64,000 bases of DNA, taken from assembly GCA_017551165.1 (NCBI GenBank), contig JAFZMO010000049.1, positions 8,675 to 72,674 of the forward strand, given 5' to 3'. A program made the position numbers and the translations under genes. The stretch is from Lachnospiraceae bacterium (lineage in GTDB: Bacteria; Bacillota; Clostridia; Lachnospirales; Lachnospiraceae). The notes under the pieces were generated by a model. It was given only the letters and a program-made list of their open reading frames with translations, had not been told where the DNA came from and did no database searches. This document shows, one piece after another, positions 47,333-56,865 of the stretch; within the stretch, counting starts at the first letter, position 1, and every line of letters begins with the position of its first letter.

Positions 47333-48544
47333 ATGAAATTTCTCAAGGTTTTGGTCCTGACGATCTGCTTTGTGCTCATTGCAGCAGGGACCGGTTATAT
47401 CGTCATCTACGGCGTTCCGAGTCTTCGTTCGGACTCACCGGCAGAGCGTGACAAGTCCGACGGAACAAAGAAACGATCCACGCCGACGCCGTTTCCGACC
47501 GGCTCCATCATACTCAAGGAGACCGATCCGGTCCACGTGACGGCGATCCCGGAAGTTGAGATCAGCGATCTCGCGTCCGGTGCTCTCACCTCCGTCGTCC
47601 AGATTGCCGCAGACGTCACCGGCTACGACATGTGGGGGCGCATTGCACAGGGAACGTCCGAGGGATCCGGCATCGTTCTGGATCAGGACGAGGACACGCT
47701 CTATATCGCAACAAATCAACACGTCATCTCGAACGCCACGGCGATCCGGGTGACATTTTCCGACGGAACCTCCGTCGAAGCGACGCTTCGGGGCTCCGAT
47801 GAGGCCGGCGATCTCGCGATCCTGACGATCCCGCTCTCGTCCCTGAGCGACACGACCGAGGCCTCCTACCGCGTGGCGACTCTGGGCGTCGAAACGCCGA
47901 TCAAGGTCGGTGACATGGTCGTGGCTTTGGGCAACGCGCTTGGCTACGGCACTTCCGTGACGGTCGGCTATGTCAGCGCGCTCGACCGGGGAGTCTCCTC
48001 CGACCGCGGCGAACTCTCGATGATCCAGACCGACGCGGCCATCAATCCCGGCAACAGCGGCGGTGCCCTCATCAACATGAAGGGCGAGGTCATCGGCATC
48101 AACTCGATGAAATACGCCGAGAGCTCGGGCAAGATCGAGGGCATGGGCTTCGCGATCCCGATCACGCAGGCACTCCCGATTCTCAACGAGCTCAAGCGGC
48201 AGAAATCCTTCCCCGCGGAGGAGTCCGGCTATCTCGGCGTCCACATCACTACCGTCACGAACGAGATGATGGACAACTTCGGCTGGCCGAAGGGCGTCTA
48301 CATCAAAGCCCTGGTGGAAGACGGCGCTGCGCAGGCCGCAGGTCTTCTCCCCGGCGATATCATCCTCTCCGTCAACGGCATCCGCGTGCTCGACACGTCG
48401 CAGCTGTCCGCCCGCGTCTCTGCGTACCAGGCAGGCACCGAGGTCACGCTCGTCATCAGCCGCGAGAACGGCGACGGTGACAACACGCGCACGGAGATCA
48501 CCGTGACCGTCACTCTGATGGATCGTGAACGGATGCCGGAATAA
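47333..48544 (+). CDS. htrA: HtrA/DegP-family serine protease with PDZ domain
   Basis: 403 aa. N-terminal TM anchor, catalytic GNSGGAL, and a C-terminal PDZ (GDIILSVNG). Confidence 0.9.
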   Translation: MKFLKVLVLTICFVLIAAGTGYIVIYGVPSLRSDSPAERDKSDGTKKRSTPTPFPTGSIILKETDPVHVTAIPEVEISDLASGALTSVVQIAADVTGYDMWGRIAQGTSEGSGIVLDQDEDTLYIATNQHVISNATAIRVTFSDGTSVEATLRGSDEAGDLAILTIPLSSLSDTTEASYRVATLGVETPIKVGDMVVALGNALGYGTSVTVGYVSALDRGVSSDRGELSMIQTDAAINPGNSGGALINMKGEVIGINSMKYAESSGKIEGMGFAIPITQALPILNELKRQKSFPAEESGYLGVHITTVTNEMMDNFGWPKGVYIKALVEDGAAQAAGLLPGDIILSVNGIRVLDTSQLSARVSAYQAGTEVTLVISRENGDGDNTRTEITVTVTLMDRERMPE

Positions 48545-48578
48545 TCCGTTCGTCGAAAAATGATACCAAAACACAACG

Positions 48579-48617
48579 CGGCTGTCGCACCATCCCGGTA
48601 CGGCAGCCGTTTTTTTC
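48579..48617 (+). terminator. Rho-independent terminator of htrA (probably shared with convergent glf)
   Basis: CGGCTGTCG (48579-48587) pairs with CGGCAGCCG (48601-48609) with one G-U pair, followed by T7CTTCTT. Confidence 0.8.
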
Positions 48618-48638
48618 TTCTTGTCTGTTGTCAGGTCC

Positions 48639-49745
48639 CTACACCGTCGCCCCGAACTCCTTCTCGCAGCGGGCCAGTGCGGATGCGATCACCTTGTCCA
48701 TGTCGTAGTACTTGTACTCGCCGAGACGACCGCCGAAGATGATCTTCTCATCCTTCTCCGCCAGCTCGCGGTAGCGCTCGTACAGCGCGCGGTTGGCCTC
48801 GTCGCCGACCGGATAGTACGGCTCGTCGCCGGGCTTCCACTCCGCAGGATATTCACGAGAGATCACGGTCTTCGGCTGTTTGCCGAACGCAAAATGCTTG
48901 TGCTCGATGATGCGGGTGTACGGGATCTCGCGCTCCGTGTAGTTGACCACGGCGTTGCCCTGGTAGTTATCCGTGTCGAGCACCTCATGCTCAAACGTCA
49001 CCTTGCGGTATGCGAGGTTGCCGTAACAAAAGCCGTAGAACTCATCGATCGCGCCGGTGTACACAACGCGCGCAGCCTGCGCATCCCAGTTCTCACGGTC
49101 CGCGAGATAATCGACACCGAGTCTCACCTCAGCGCCCTCGAGCATGCGCTCGACCATGGCCGTGTAGCCGTTCACCGGGATTCCCTGGTAGCGGTCGTTG
49201 AAATAGTTGTTGTCGTACGTAAACCGAAGCGGAAGTCTGCGGATGATCGACGGCGGCAGTTCCGTGCAGTCTCTGCCCCACTGCTTCTCCGTGTAGCCCT
49301 TCACAAGCTTCTCAAAAACGTCGCGGCCGACCATCGAGATCGCCTGCTCCTCGAGGTTTTTGGGCTCCGTAATGCCCTCCTTTGCGATCTGCGCGGCGAT
49401 GATATCCTTCGCCTCCTGTGGCGTCTTGATGTTCCACAGGCGGCTGAACGTATTCATGTTGAACGGCAGGTTGTACAGCTCGTCCTTGTACACCGCAACC
49501 GGCGAATTGATGTAGTTGTTGAACTCCGTGAAGCGGTTCACGAACTCCCAGACCGTGCGGTCCGAGGTGTGGAAGATGTGGGCCCCGTACCAATGCACGG
49601 AGATGCCCTCAACCTCCTTGCAATACGCGTTGCCTGCGATGTGATCCCTGCGGTCGATCACGAGCACGCTCTTCCCCTGCTTCATCGCCTCATAGGCAAA
49701 TGTCGCGCCGTACAGTCCGGCACCGACGATCAGATAATCATACAT
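48639..49745 (-). CDS. glf: UDP-galactopyranose mutase
   Basis: MYDYLIVGAGLYGATFA..RDHIAGNAY..HWYGAHIFHT. Track start 49787 was trimmed to ATG 49745. The start overlaps the upstream stop (ATGTATGA). Confidence 0.93.
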   Translation of the reverse strand: MYDYLIVGAGLYGATFAYEAMKQGKSVLVIDRRDHIAGNAYCKEVEGISVHWYGAHIFHTSDRTVWEFVNRFTEFNNYINSPVAVYKDELYNLPFNMNTFSRLWNIKTPQEAKDIIAAQIAKEGITEPKNLEEQAISMVGRDVFEKLVKGYTEKQWGRDCTELPPSIIRRLPLRFTYDNNYFNDRYQGIPVNGYTAMVERMLEGAEVRLGVDYLADRENWDAQAARVVYTGAIDEFYGFCYGNLAYRKVTFEHEVLDTDNYQGNAVVNYTEREIPYTRIIEHKHFAFGKQPKTVISREYPAEWKPGDEPYYPVGDEANRALYERYRELAEKDEKIIFGGRLGEYKYYDMDKVIASALARCEKEFGATV

Positions 49746-50511
49746 TGGATTCACTCTCCTTCGCGCGTTCCTTCTCCGCCTCGACACGGCGCTGTGCGAT
49801 CTCGTAATCCTCCGGCGTCGTGATCTTCATGTTGGTGCGGTCGCCGTCGACCACCTTCACATGGTAGCCCGCCGAGATGTACATGCCGCTGATGTCCGAG
49901 CGCATCTCGCGCTCCGCGACCGTCATCTTCTTGTACGCTTTTCTCCAGCGCCCGAGATACACGGTCTGCGGCGTCTGCGCCTGCATCATGTTGATGCGCT
50001 TGGGCGCCTCCAAAACCTCTTTATTCTCGTTCACACGCAAAATGGTGTCCGTCGCCGGAATGGCCGCCGTAACCGCGGTCTTGTCGTCCGAGGCGAGGAG
50101 CATTTTGCACGTTCTGCGGATGATCTCCGGCGTCACGAACGGACGCACCGCATCGTGCGTGATCATGATCGCGTCCTCCTCGGCGTGGAGCTTCTCCACG
50201 GCGTATTCCGACATCTTCCACATCGTCTCATTGCGATTCACGCCGCCCTCGGTCACGCGGATGCGACGGCGCTTGCCGCCGTAACCGGCCTCGTCGAGCA
50301 GCTGTTTTGTGTAGGTGACCCACTCCTTCGGAACGCCGATCACGATCGTGTCGATCTCGTCGCACGCCAAGAACGCGTCCACCGAACGAAGCAGGACGAT
50401 GCGGTCCCCGAGCTTCAGAAACTGCTTCGGAACGGCCGTTCCCATACGGCGTCCCGTACCACCTGCAACAATTGCCCCGATCAACATATTACCCTTCTCA
50501 CCGATACTCAT
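49738..50511 (-). CDS. IspD/TarI-family cytidylyltransferase
   Basis: 257 aa from ATG 50511 (AAGGGGAG RBS). AIVAGGTGRRMG..PKQFL motif. It has a charged C-terminal tail. I cannot tell from sequence whether it acts on MEP or on ribitol-5-P. Confidence 0.8.
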   Translation of the reverse strand: MSIGEKGNMLIGAIVAGGTGRRMGTAVPKQFLKLGDRIVLLRSVDAFLACDEIDTIVIGVPKEWVTYTKQLLDEAGYGGKRRRIRVTEGGVNRNETMWKMSEYAVEKLHAEEDAIMITHDAVRPFVTPEIIRRTCKMLLASDDKTAVTAAIPATDTILRVNENKEVLEAPKRINMMQAQTPQTVYLGRWRKAYKKMTVAEREMRSDISGMYISAGYHVKVVDGDRTNMKITTPEDYEIAQRRVEAEKERAKESESNV

Positions 50512-50513
50512 AG

Positions 50514-52187
50514 TCACTCCCCTTGCAGTCGATTGACCGCGCAGAACATCGCGCGGATCGACGCTCTCGTAATGTTGGAACTGATGCCGACGCCGAACGT
50601 CGTGCGACCGGTCTCGTTGTCAAGCATCCGCACGTAGGCGGCTGCCTGTGCCTCGGAACCGGAATTGAGCGCATGCTCCGTGTAGTCGAGGATGCGGATA
50701 TCCAGCCCGAGCTCCTGCTGCAACCCCTTCTTGACCGCGTCGATCGGACCGTTGCCGTAGCAGTCCATCTCCGCGTCCTTCCCGCGGTAGTTGTACCACA
50801 GATGCGCGTGCGTCGTGAACAGCTCCTCGGTGTCTGTGCGGTCGTCGATGCTGCACCGCAGAAAATGAAGCGGTTTCTTGCGCTCGAGGTACTCGCTGCG
50901 GAACACCCCGAAGATGTCTTCCCGGGTCAGCTCGCTTCCGAGCGTCTCCGCGAAGCGCTGCACGCGGTTCGCAAACTCCTTGTGCATCTCCTTCGGGAGG
51001 TTGAAGCCGTAGTAATTTTTCAAAACGTACGCCACGCCGCCCTTGCCGGACTGCGAGTTGATGCGCACGACGGTCTCGTAGGTGCGTCCGATGTCCGCCG
51101 GATCGATCAGCAGGTACGGTACCTTCCACTCGCCCGACGGGTCCTTCGCCATCGCCTGGAAGCCCTTGCTGATGGCGTCCTGGTGTCCTCCGGAAAATGC
51201 GGTGAACGCGAAGCGTCCGGCGTACGGATGCCTCGGCGAGATCGGCATTTTCACAAGCTCCTCATAGCTCTCCATGATCTTGTCGATGTCCGAGAGCGCA
51301 AGCCCCGGATCGATGCCGACCGCATAGAGATTGTACGCAAGCGTGATCAGATCCATGTTGCCGGTCCGCTCGCCGTTGCCGAACAGCGTGCCCTCGACGC
51401 GCTGTGCTCCCGCAAGAAGCGCAAGCTCCGCGCTCGCGATGCCGGTGCCGCGGTCGTTGTGCGTGTGCACACTCACGGTCACGAACTCCCTCGCGATCAG
51501 GCGGTCTGCGACCCACTCGATCTGGTCCGCATACACGTTGGGCGTGTTCAGCTCCACAGTCTCGGGCAGATTGATGATCGCACGGCGCTCCGCACACGGC
51601 TCCCAGACCTCCAAAACCGCGTTGCAGACCTCTGCAGCGTACTCCGGCTCGGTGCCGCTGAAGCTCTCCGGCGAGTACTCGAGAATTATCTCCCCGTCAA
51701 GCGTATCCGCCAACGCACGCACTTGTTTTGCGGCGTTCACGGCGATCTGCTTGACCTCCTCCTTCGACTTGCCGAACACGACCTCGCGCTGCAGAACGGA
51801 CGTCGGATTGTAGATGTGGAAGATCACCTTGCGAAGCCCCGCAATGGACGCAAAGGTCTCCGCGACCTGCTCCTCGCGGCACTGCGTGAGCACCTGAATG
51901 TACACGTCCTCCGGCACCAATCCGTCGTCTGCGAGCTTCCTCACGAACTCCCGCTCCGTCGCGGAAGCCGCCGGAAAACCGACCTCGATCTCCTTGATCC
52001 CGAGATCGCACAGCAGGCGGAACAGCCGCAGCTTCTCGTCCACACTCATCGGCTCCACAAGCGCCTGATTGCCGTCGCGAAGGTCGACACTGCACCAGAT
52101 CGGAGCCTTGGTGATGCTCTGCGAAGGCCAGCGTCGCGCCGCGTAATCCGGCGCCGGAAATTTGCGATATTTTCCTGCGTCTAACAT
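50514..52187 (-). CDS. leuA: 2-isopropylmalate synthase (long, LeuA type 2)
   Basis: 557 aa. APIWCSVDLRDGNQALVEPMS, HTHNDRGTG and a C-terminal LeuA dimer/regulatory region. Confidence 0.93.
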   Translation of the reverse strand: MLDAGKYRKFPAPDYAARRWPSQSITKAPIWCSVDLRDGNQALVEPMSVDEKLRLFRLLCDLGIKEIEVGFPAASATEREFVRKLADDGLVPEDVYIQVLTQCREEQVAETFASIAGLRKVIFHIYNPTSVLQREVVFGKSKEEVKQIAVNAAKQVRALADTLDGEIILEYSPESFSGTEPEYAAEVCNAVLEVWEPCAERRAIINLPETVELNTPNVYADQIEWVADRLIAREFVTVSVHTHNDRGTGIASAELALLAGAQRVEGTLFGNGERTGNMDLITLAYNLYAVGIDPGLALSDIDKIMESYEELVKMPISPRHPYAGRFAFTAFSGGHQDAISKGFQAMAKDPSGEWKVPYLLIDPADIGRTYETVVRINSQSGKGGVAYVLKNYYGFNLPKEMHKEFANRVQRFAETLGSELTREDIFGVFRSEYLERKKPLHFLRCSIDDRTDTEELFTTHAHLWYNYRGKDAEMDCYGNGPIDAVKKGLQQELGLDIRILDYTEHALNSGSEAQAAAYVRMLDNETGRTTFGVGISSNITRASIRAMFCAVNRLQGE

Positions 52188-52208
52188 AAAAAACTCCCTA
52201 TAAAACGG

Positions 52209-52251
52209 CGAAGTGCTCCATAGACTAATTCACAGCATACAAAGCACTTCG
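52209..52251 (-). terminator. Large-loop hairpin between ptsH and leuA (weak terminator or leader structure)
   Basis: CGAAGTGCT/AGCACTTCG 9-bp stem with a 25-nt loop. On the minus strand CCGTTTTAT follows, then the leuA RBS directly. Confidence 0.4.
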
Positions 52252-52285
52252 GGTTACGATTTCTGTTGTCGATGCGTCCTGTGGT

Positions 52286-52552
52286 TTACAGAAGACCGAA
52301 GCCCGTGTTCACTCCCTCCAGGAGCTCACGGAGCGCGTCCTCCTCACCCTCGCCGTCGCACACGATCTCGATCTCCTCACCCTTCTTGACCTGGGCGCTG
52401 AGGATGCCGAGCACGCTCTTGGCGTTGACGCGGTATTCCCGGATCACAAGATACGCCATGCAAGGATACGCAAGCGCAATGCTGCTCATCTTGCCCGCCG
52501 GCTTAATATGCAATCCCTTCTCGTTCAATACTGTTGCTTTCCCCGTAATCAT
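52286..52552 (-). CDS. ptsH: Phosphocarrier protein HPr
   Basis: 88 aa from ATG 52552 (GAGGAGG RBS; track start 52585 trimmed). GLHIKPA puts His at residue 15 and VNAKSVLGILS puts Ser at residue 46. Confidence 0.88.
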   Translation of the reverse strand: MITGKATVLNEKGLHIKPAGKMSSIALAYPCMAYLVIREYRVNAKSVLGILSAQVKKGEEIEIVCDGEGEEDALRELLEGVNTGFGLL

Positions 52553-52597
52553 ATCGCTACCTCCTCTTTCCTCCGCGCGCCGCAAGCAGCTTACGGA

Positions 52598-53890
52598 TTA
52601 CTCGTTACCCCTTGGTTCTCCGTTATCTCCTTCTCCTTCGGTGTCCTCCGCGCTCGTCACCACAACCGGGATCTTGACGTTGAGGGTACGAAGACTTGTC
52701 TCTATCTTCGGAAGCGTCGAATGCAGGTCTACCGTGACATTGCCGGCCTCCTCGACCTCCGAGAGGTCGATGTACAGACCGAGCTCGGACGTCTTATAAT
52801 TCTCCAGATTCTTGTTCAGGTCGTAGATCGTGATCGCGATCGTCTCCTGCTCAAACGACGATTTCAGCGTCGTTGTCAGGTTGCGTACCGAGATGAACGC
52901 GGTGCGCTCCGTGAACGTTCTCGCCTGCTCCTGCTCCACGGTGATCTTCACCTGGATAATGTCGGACTCCGACGCAAAATAAACGCCGGGATCCAGCTGG
53001 CTCGACACGGACACATCGATCGTCTGGCTGTCCAGCATATTCTGGGACAGGCACGTGATCTTGATCTTGTCGATCGAGTCAAGCTTCGACTGCTCCGCCG
53101 CGATCGGGATCGTCGAGCGGTAGTCGATATCCACGATGCCTCGACCGCTTGCCGCCGTAATGTACGTCGTGTCCAGGAAGACCTCCTTGACCGCCACCGG
53201 CAGCACCTCGATATCCACGACGATGGTGGACAGCGGGAGTTTCACATCGGTGAGGTCGACCTCCTTGCCGTTGCGGTCGACCGCAGCGAGCTTCACCTCC
53301 GCCTGACTGAGGCTCTGGTGACTGCCCGCGAGATCCACCGTCGCAACGAGCGAGTTGATCTCCTTGATCGTCTTCTCCGCGCCGTAGATCTGCTGCATGC
53401 TCAGGCTCTGCCAGCTGCAGCGCGCGTAGTAGTTATCGGGAGTTCCGATGATGCGCACGATAACGTCCTTCGTGTCCTCGTTGGACTCCTCGATCTTGCC
53501 GCTGACCATCATCAGAGACTGCTTGGTGATCTCGATCTCGTCGGCGAGTTTCGCGTTCTTGGCCTCGACGTGAACCGGGACCGCGTACACGTTGCTCATC
53601 TCCTTGAAGTCGATATATGCGCAGTAATCGTCAGCGGAGACGTTCTCCAACTTCGATCTCGCGCCGGTGACGCGGATGGTCACCGTCTTGGGGGAATCCG
53701 ATACATACGTCTGGTTCTCTCCGTTGACCAGCGCCTCGTTACGGATCTCGATCGGGATGCCCGAGAGTGTCTTCGTAACCTGCGGGTCGGACAGATTGAT
53801 GATGGAAACCCACACGAGAAATGCGATCGCAATCGAGACAAGCTTCATCCCGATGTTGCGAGTGAACATGGCTTTAAGCTTGCCTTTCAT
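52598..53890 (-). CDS. cdaR: YbbR-domain protein (CdaR, diadenylate cyclase regulator)
   Basis: 430 aa with an N-terminal TM anchor and repeated YbbR-like beta-rich units. It overlaps the cdaA stop by 17 nt. Confidence 0.85.
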   Translation of the reverse strand: MKGKLKAMFTRNIGMKLVSIAIAFLVWVSIINLSDPQVTKTLSGIPIEIRNEALVNGENQTYVSDSPKTVTIRVTGARSKLENVSADDYCAYIDFKEMSNVYAVPVHVEAKNAKLADEIEITKQSLMMVSGKIEESNEDTKDVIVRIIGTPDNYYARCSWQSLSMQQIYGAEKTIKEINSLVATVDLAGSHQSLSQAEVKLAAVDRNGKEVDLTDVKLPLSTIVVDIEVLPVAVKEVFLDTTYITAASGRGIVDIDYRSTIPIAAEQSKLDSIDKIKITCLSQNMLDSQTIDVSVSSQLDPGVYFASESDIIQVKITVEQEQARTFTERTAFISVRNLTTTLKSSFEQETIAITIYDLNKNLENYKTSELGLYIDLSEVEEAGNVTVDLHSTLPKIETSLRTLNVKIPVVVTSAEDTEGEGDNGEPRGNE

Positions 53891-54740
53891 GACTGTTCCA
53901 TTCCTTTCTGAACAACTTGCGCTGCGTGCCCGTCGACTTGTTCTGCGACTCGTTCAGCTTGCTGCGGAGCAGATTCTCATCGACATCGCGGATCAGCTGC
54001 CCGCGCTGCGCCAATGCCACCTTGCCGGTCTCCTCGGAGACGATGATGGTAAGGCAGTCGGACACCTCGCTGACGCCGACACCCGCGCGGTGGCGTGTGC
54101 CGAGCTCCTTCGAGAGGCGCATATTTTCCGAAACCGGAAGAATACAGGTCGCCGCAACGGCACGGTTGCCGCGAACGATCACGGCGCCGTCGTGCAGCGG
54201 CGTATTGTGCTCAAAGATGTTGATCAGCAGCGCGCTCGTCACGAGCGAATCGAGCGCGATACCGGTCTTCTCATACTCCTCCAGCGAAACCTTCTCCTCG
54301 ACGACGATCAGCGCACCGGTCTTGACGGCAGCCATCGCCTCCACTGCCGCAATGATCTCCTCGCGCGTTTCGTCCGAGAAGCGCTCGATACTGCTCTGTC
54401 TCGTGCCGAAGAAACCGACGATACGGTTTTGGCCGAGCTGCTCGAGAGCGCGTCGAAGTTCCGGCTGGAAAATGATAAAGATCGCGATAATACCGACGCT
54501 GATGGCGTTTCGGAAGATCCACAGGATCGCGGTGAACTCAAAGATCGTCGCGACGATCCAGATGATCAGAAGCATCGCGAGACCCTTGACCAGGTACCAC
54601 GCGCGCGTCTGCTTGATCCAGTTGATCAGGTGGTAGATGAGAAACGCGATCAGCAAAATCTCGATCACATCCGTCACCGCAAACTTCGGCAGGGAAATCC
54701 AGTCAAACGATTGTTTTATACTGTCTAAGATCGCCCGCAT
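53874..54740 (-). CDS. cdaA: Diadenylate cyclase CdaA
   Basis: 288 aa with three N-terminal TM helices. DAC domain motifs are TGALIVVE, PLHDGAVIV and LGTRHRAG. Confidence 0.93.
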   Translation of the reverse strand: MRAILDSIKQSFDWISLPKFAVTDVIEILLIAFLIYHLINWIKQTRAWYLVKGLAMLLIIWIVATIFEFTAILWIFRNAISVGIIAIFIIFQPELRRALEQLGQNRIVGFFGTRQSSIERFSDETREEIIAAVEAMAAVKTGALIVVEEKVSLEEYEKTGIALDSLVTSALLINIFEHNTPLHDGAVIVRGNRAVAATCILPVSENMRLSKELGTRHRAGVGVSEVSDCLTIIVSEETGKVALAQRGQLIRDVDENLLRSKLNESQNKSTGTQRKLFRKEWNSHERQA

Positions 54741-54815
54741 CGCGCTCCTCCTTTCCTCGAAACTCTTCGCATCATTGTCTTATGTGCGGAACCCCCGTCC
54801 CGCTGTGAGGCCTCC

Positions 54816-56327
54816 TTACAGGTAGTCCTCATCCTCATCCCCGTCGGCTGCCTCGGGCTTGGTACTCACCGGCGCCGCCGTGCTCTTCGGCTTGTCGCCG
54901 CCGACCGGAAAATATCCCTGGATGACTTCCTCGTCATCGTCGTCATCATCGTCATCGTCGAAGTCGCCGAAATCGCCGACCGCAGCGCTCACCTTCGAAG
55001 CCGCTGCCGCGCCTGCCTTCGTCGCATCACCCGCCTTGGATGCGCCTGCACCCACGAGCTCGTCAATGTCGTCGAGATCGTCGTCGAGATCATCGAACTC
55101 ATCGAGGATCCTCTTCGGAGCCGGACGCTTCTTCGCTTCGCCGGCATCGTCCGCGTTGTCCTCACCGACGCGCGTTCCGTAGCGCGCGGACTTCTCGTAA
55201 TCGCCGAGACTCAGGTCATCGCCGAACTCGTCGTCCTCTTCCTCCGCCTCGATCTCAGCGGCCGTGCGCTTCTTCTTGATCGTCGGACCGCCGCCCGGCG
55301 TCTTGTCATCGTACTCGATCAGCCCGAGAGCTGCATCCTCGTACTCCTCCTCATCCTCATCGTCGCCCTTGCGGCGTCTGCGGATGACCTTCTTCTCCTT
55401 ATGCTTGGGCGCACCGACCTTGATCTTCGGGATCGCCTTGACGTAGTAGTAATAATCGTCGTCCTCGAACTCGACATTTTCCGCCGCGGAGTACTGCAAG
55501 GTGCGGTAGAAGAACAGCATGAACAGCACAACACCCGCGCAGATCAGGCAGGAAATGACCATGCTTCCCACCTTGATGCCCATGTCGTACTTGAGGTCGC
55601 CGATGATATAGCCGAGCATCATGAGACCGGTGCCGACGGCGATACTGATCTCAAACGCATAGTCCATGCGGATGCGGCGGATGAAGTAGACTACCGTGAT
55701 GACGAGCGCCATGATGAGCATGGTGACGTACATCGCGGGATTGACCACGATCTGCTTCAAAACCTTCATGTACAGGCCCTGAGGATCCACGAGGTCGCCC
55801 GTCTTCACGTCGGCCATCTTGGAGAGCGTCGTGATGTTCTCCTTCGCGTAGTGGACCATGTTGTATCCGAAGATACCGCAGCAGACCGGAACGATCGAGA
55901 TCGGGTTGCCGAACACGCCCATGAGAAGGGGCATTGCGTACGGGAATCCGAAGGTCTGCAGCACCGGCGTCGCGACGACCGCGGCACCGAACTTCGGCGT
56001 GAACCGGATAAAGAAGCAGTAACAGATCATGAACAGCGCGAACACCGTGATCGCAAGGATCAGCGAGTTCTCGGATGCCGCGTAGATCTGCAATGTCACA
56101 TACACCGCGGCGATAAATACCATCAATGTGGACGGCAACACCGCGCTGATGACGGAGATCGCGATGATCACCGAGCTCTTGCCGAGCGTCGGGTTGTAGT
56201 CGAGTGCGCTCCTGATGCGGCTGAACGCAATGAAGCACAGGATGATCCGGGCAGCCAGGTTGAGCCAGAACGCGTAGCGTTGGTACACCGCCGTGATCTT
56301 GGCCCGGAGTTCAAATATCAGCATCAT
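54816..56327 (-). CDS. Polytopic membrane protein with a ~200-aa highly acidic disordered C-terminal tail; unknown function
   Basis: 503 aa with about 8 TM segments in the first 300 aa. The tail is rich in D/E/K and includes a D9EE run. RBS is GGGGGAAG. Confidence 0.65.
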   Translation of the reverse strand: MMLIFELRAKITAVYQRYAFWLNLAARIILCFIAFSRIRSALDYNPTLGKSSVIIAISVISAVLPSTLMVFIAAVYVTLQIYAASENSLILAITVFALFMICYCFFIRFTPKFGAAVVATPVLQTFGFPYAMPLLMGVFGNPISIVPVCCGIFGYNMVHYAKENITTLSKMADVKTGDLVDPQGLYMKVLKQIVVNPAMYVTMLIMALVITVVYFIRRIRMDYAFEISIAVGTGLMMLGYIIGDLKYDMGIKVGSMVISCLICAGVVLFMLFFYRTLQYSAAENVEFEDDDYYYYVKAIPKIKVGAPKHKEKKVIRRRRKGDDEDEEEYEDAALGLIEYDDKTPGGGPTIKKKRTAAEIEAEEEDDEFGDDLSLGDYEKSARYGTRVGEDNADDAGEAKKRPAPKRILDEFDDLDDDLDDIDELVGAGASKAGDATKAGAAAASKVSAAVGDFGDFDDDDDDDDDEEVIQGYFPVGGDKPKSTAAPVSTKPEAADGDEDEDYL

Positions 56328-56340
56328 AGGATTCTTCCCC

Positions 56341-56757
56341 CTATTCCTCTTCCATGTCTTTATCCCACTCTTCCTTCTCCTCGATCTTGCGAACCTTACC
56401 GAGGATCCGGTAGTAGTTGTTCAATCGATGGTGGGAGCGCAAATAGGCGATCCGGTGCACGATCCAGGTGACCGCGACGCCCACGACTTCCAGTATGAGG
56501 TAGTAAGAAAGGATCTGCCGTCCGATCAGCTTGTAGTTCAGGATCAATGCGTTGTCCAGCAGGTACTCCATCTGGTAGCACAGAACGACGGCGACCAGAA
56601 TGATCGTTCCCAGCGTCACCGCAAGGATCGTCTTCAGGATCTCGTGACGGATATAATCGGATCGAAAATAATTCGCGACACGCATGTCGTCCTTGCCCTC
56701 GGTGTTCTCATACACCGCGAGCTTGGTCATCAGGCGTATCTTCTCGTTGTTGACCAT
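56341..56757 (-). CDS. Small two-TM membrane protein, unknown function
   Basis: 138 aa from the second ATG (56757), because the GAGG RBS is only 1 nt from the first ATG at 56763. It lies 13 nt upstream of the next gene. Confidence 0.55.
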   Translation of the reverse strand: MVNNEKIRLMTKLAVYENTEGKDDMRVANYFRSDYIRHEILKTILAVTLGTIILVAVVLCYQMEYLLDNALILNYKLIGRQILSYYLILEVVGVAVTWIVHRIAYLRSHHRLNNYYRILGKVRKIEEKEEWDKDMEEE

Positions 56758-56865
56758 AGCCATACCTCGTAAGACAGGATCTTTTCGTGTTGCTTCGTCC
56801 CCTCTCCCTGCGGCCCCACTCCGCGTCAGGGCATACGAACCGACACTACGTTATGCATATAGAGC

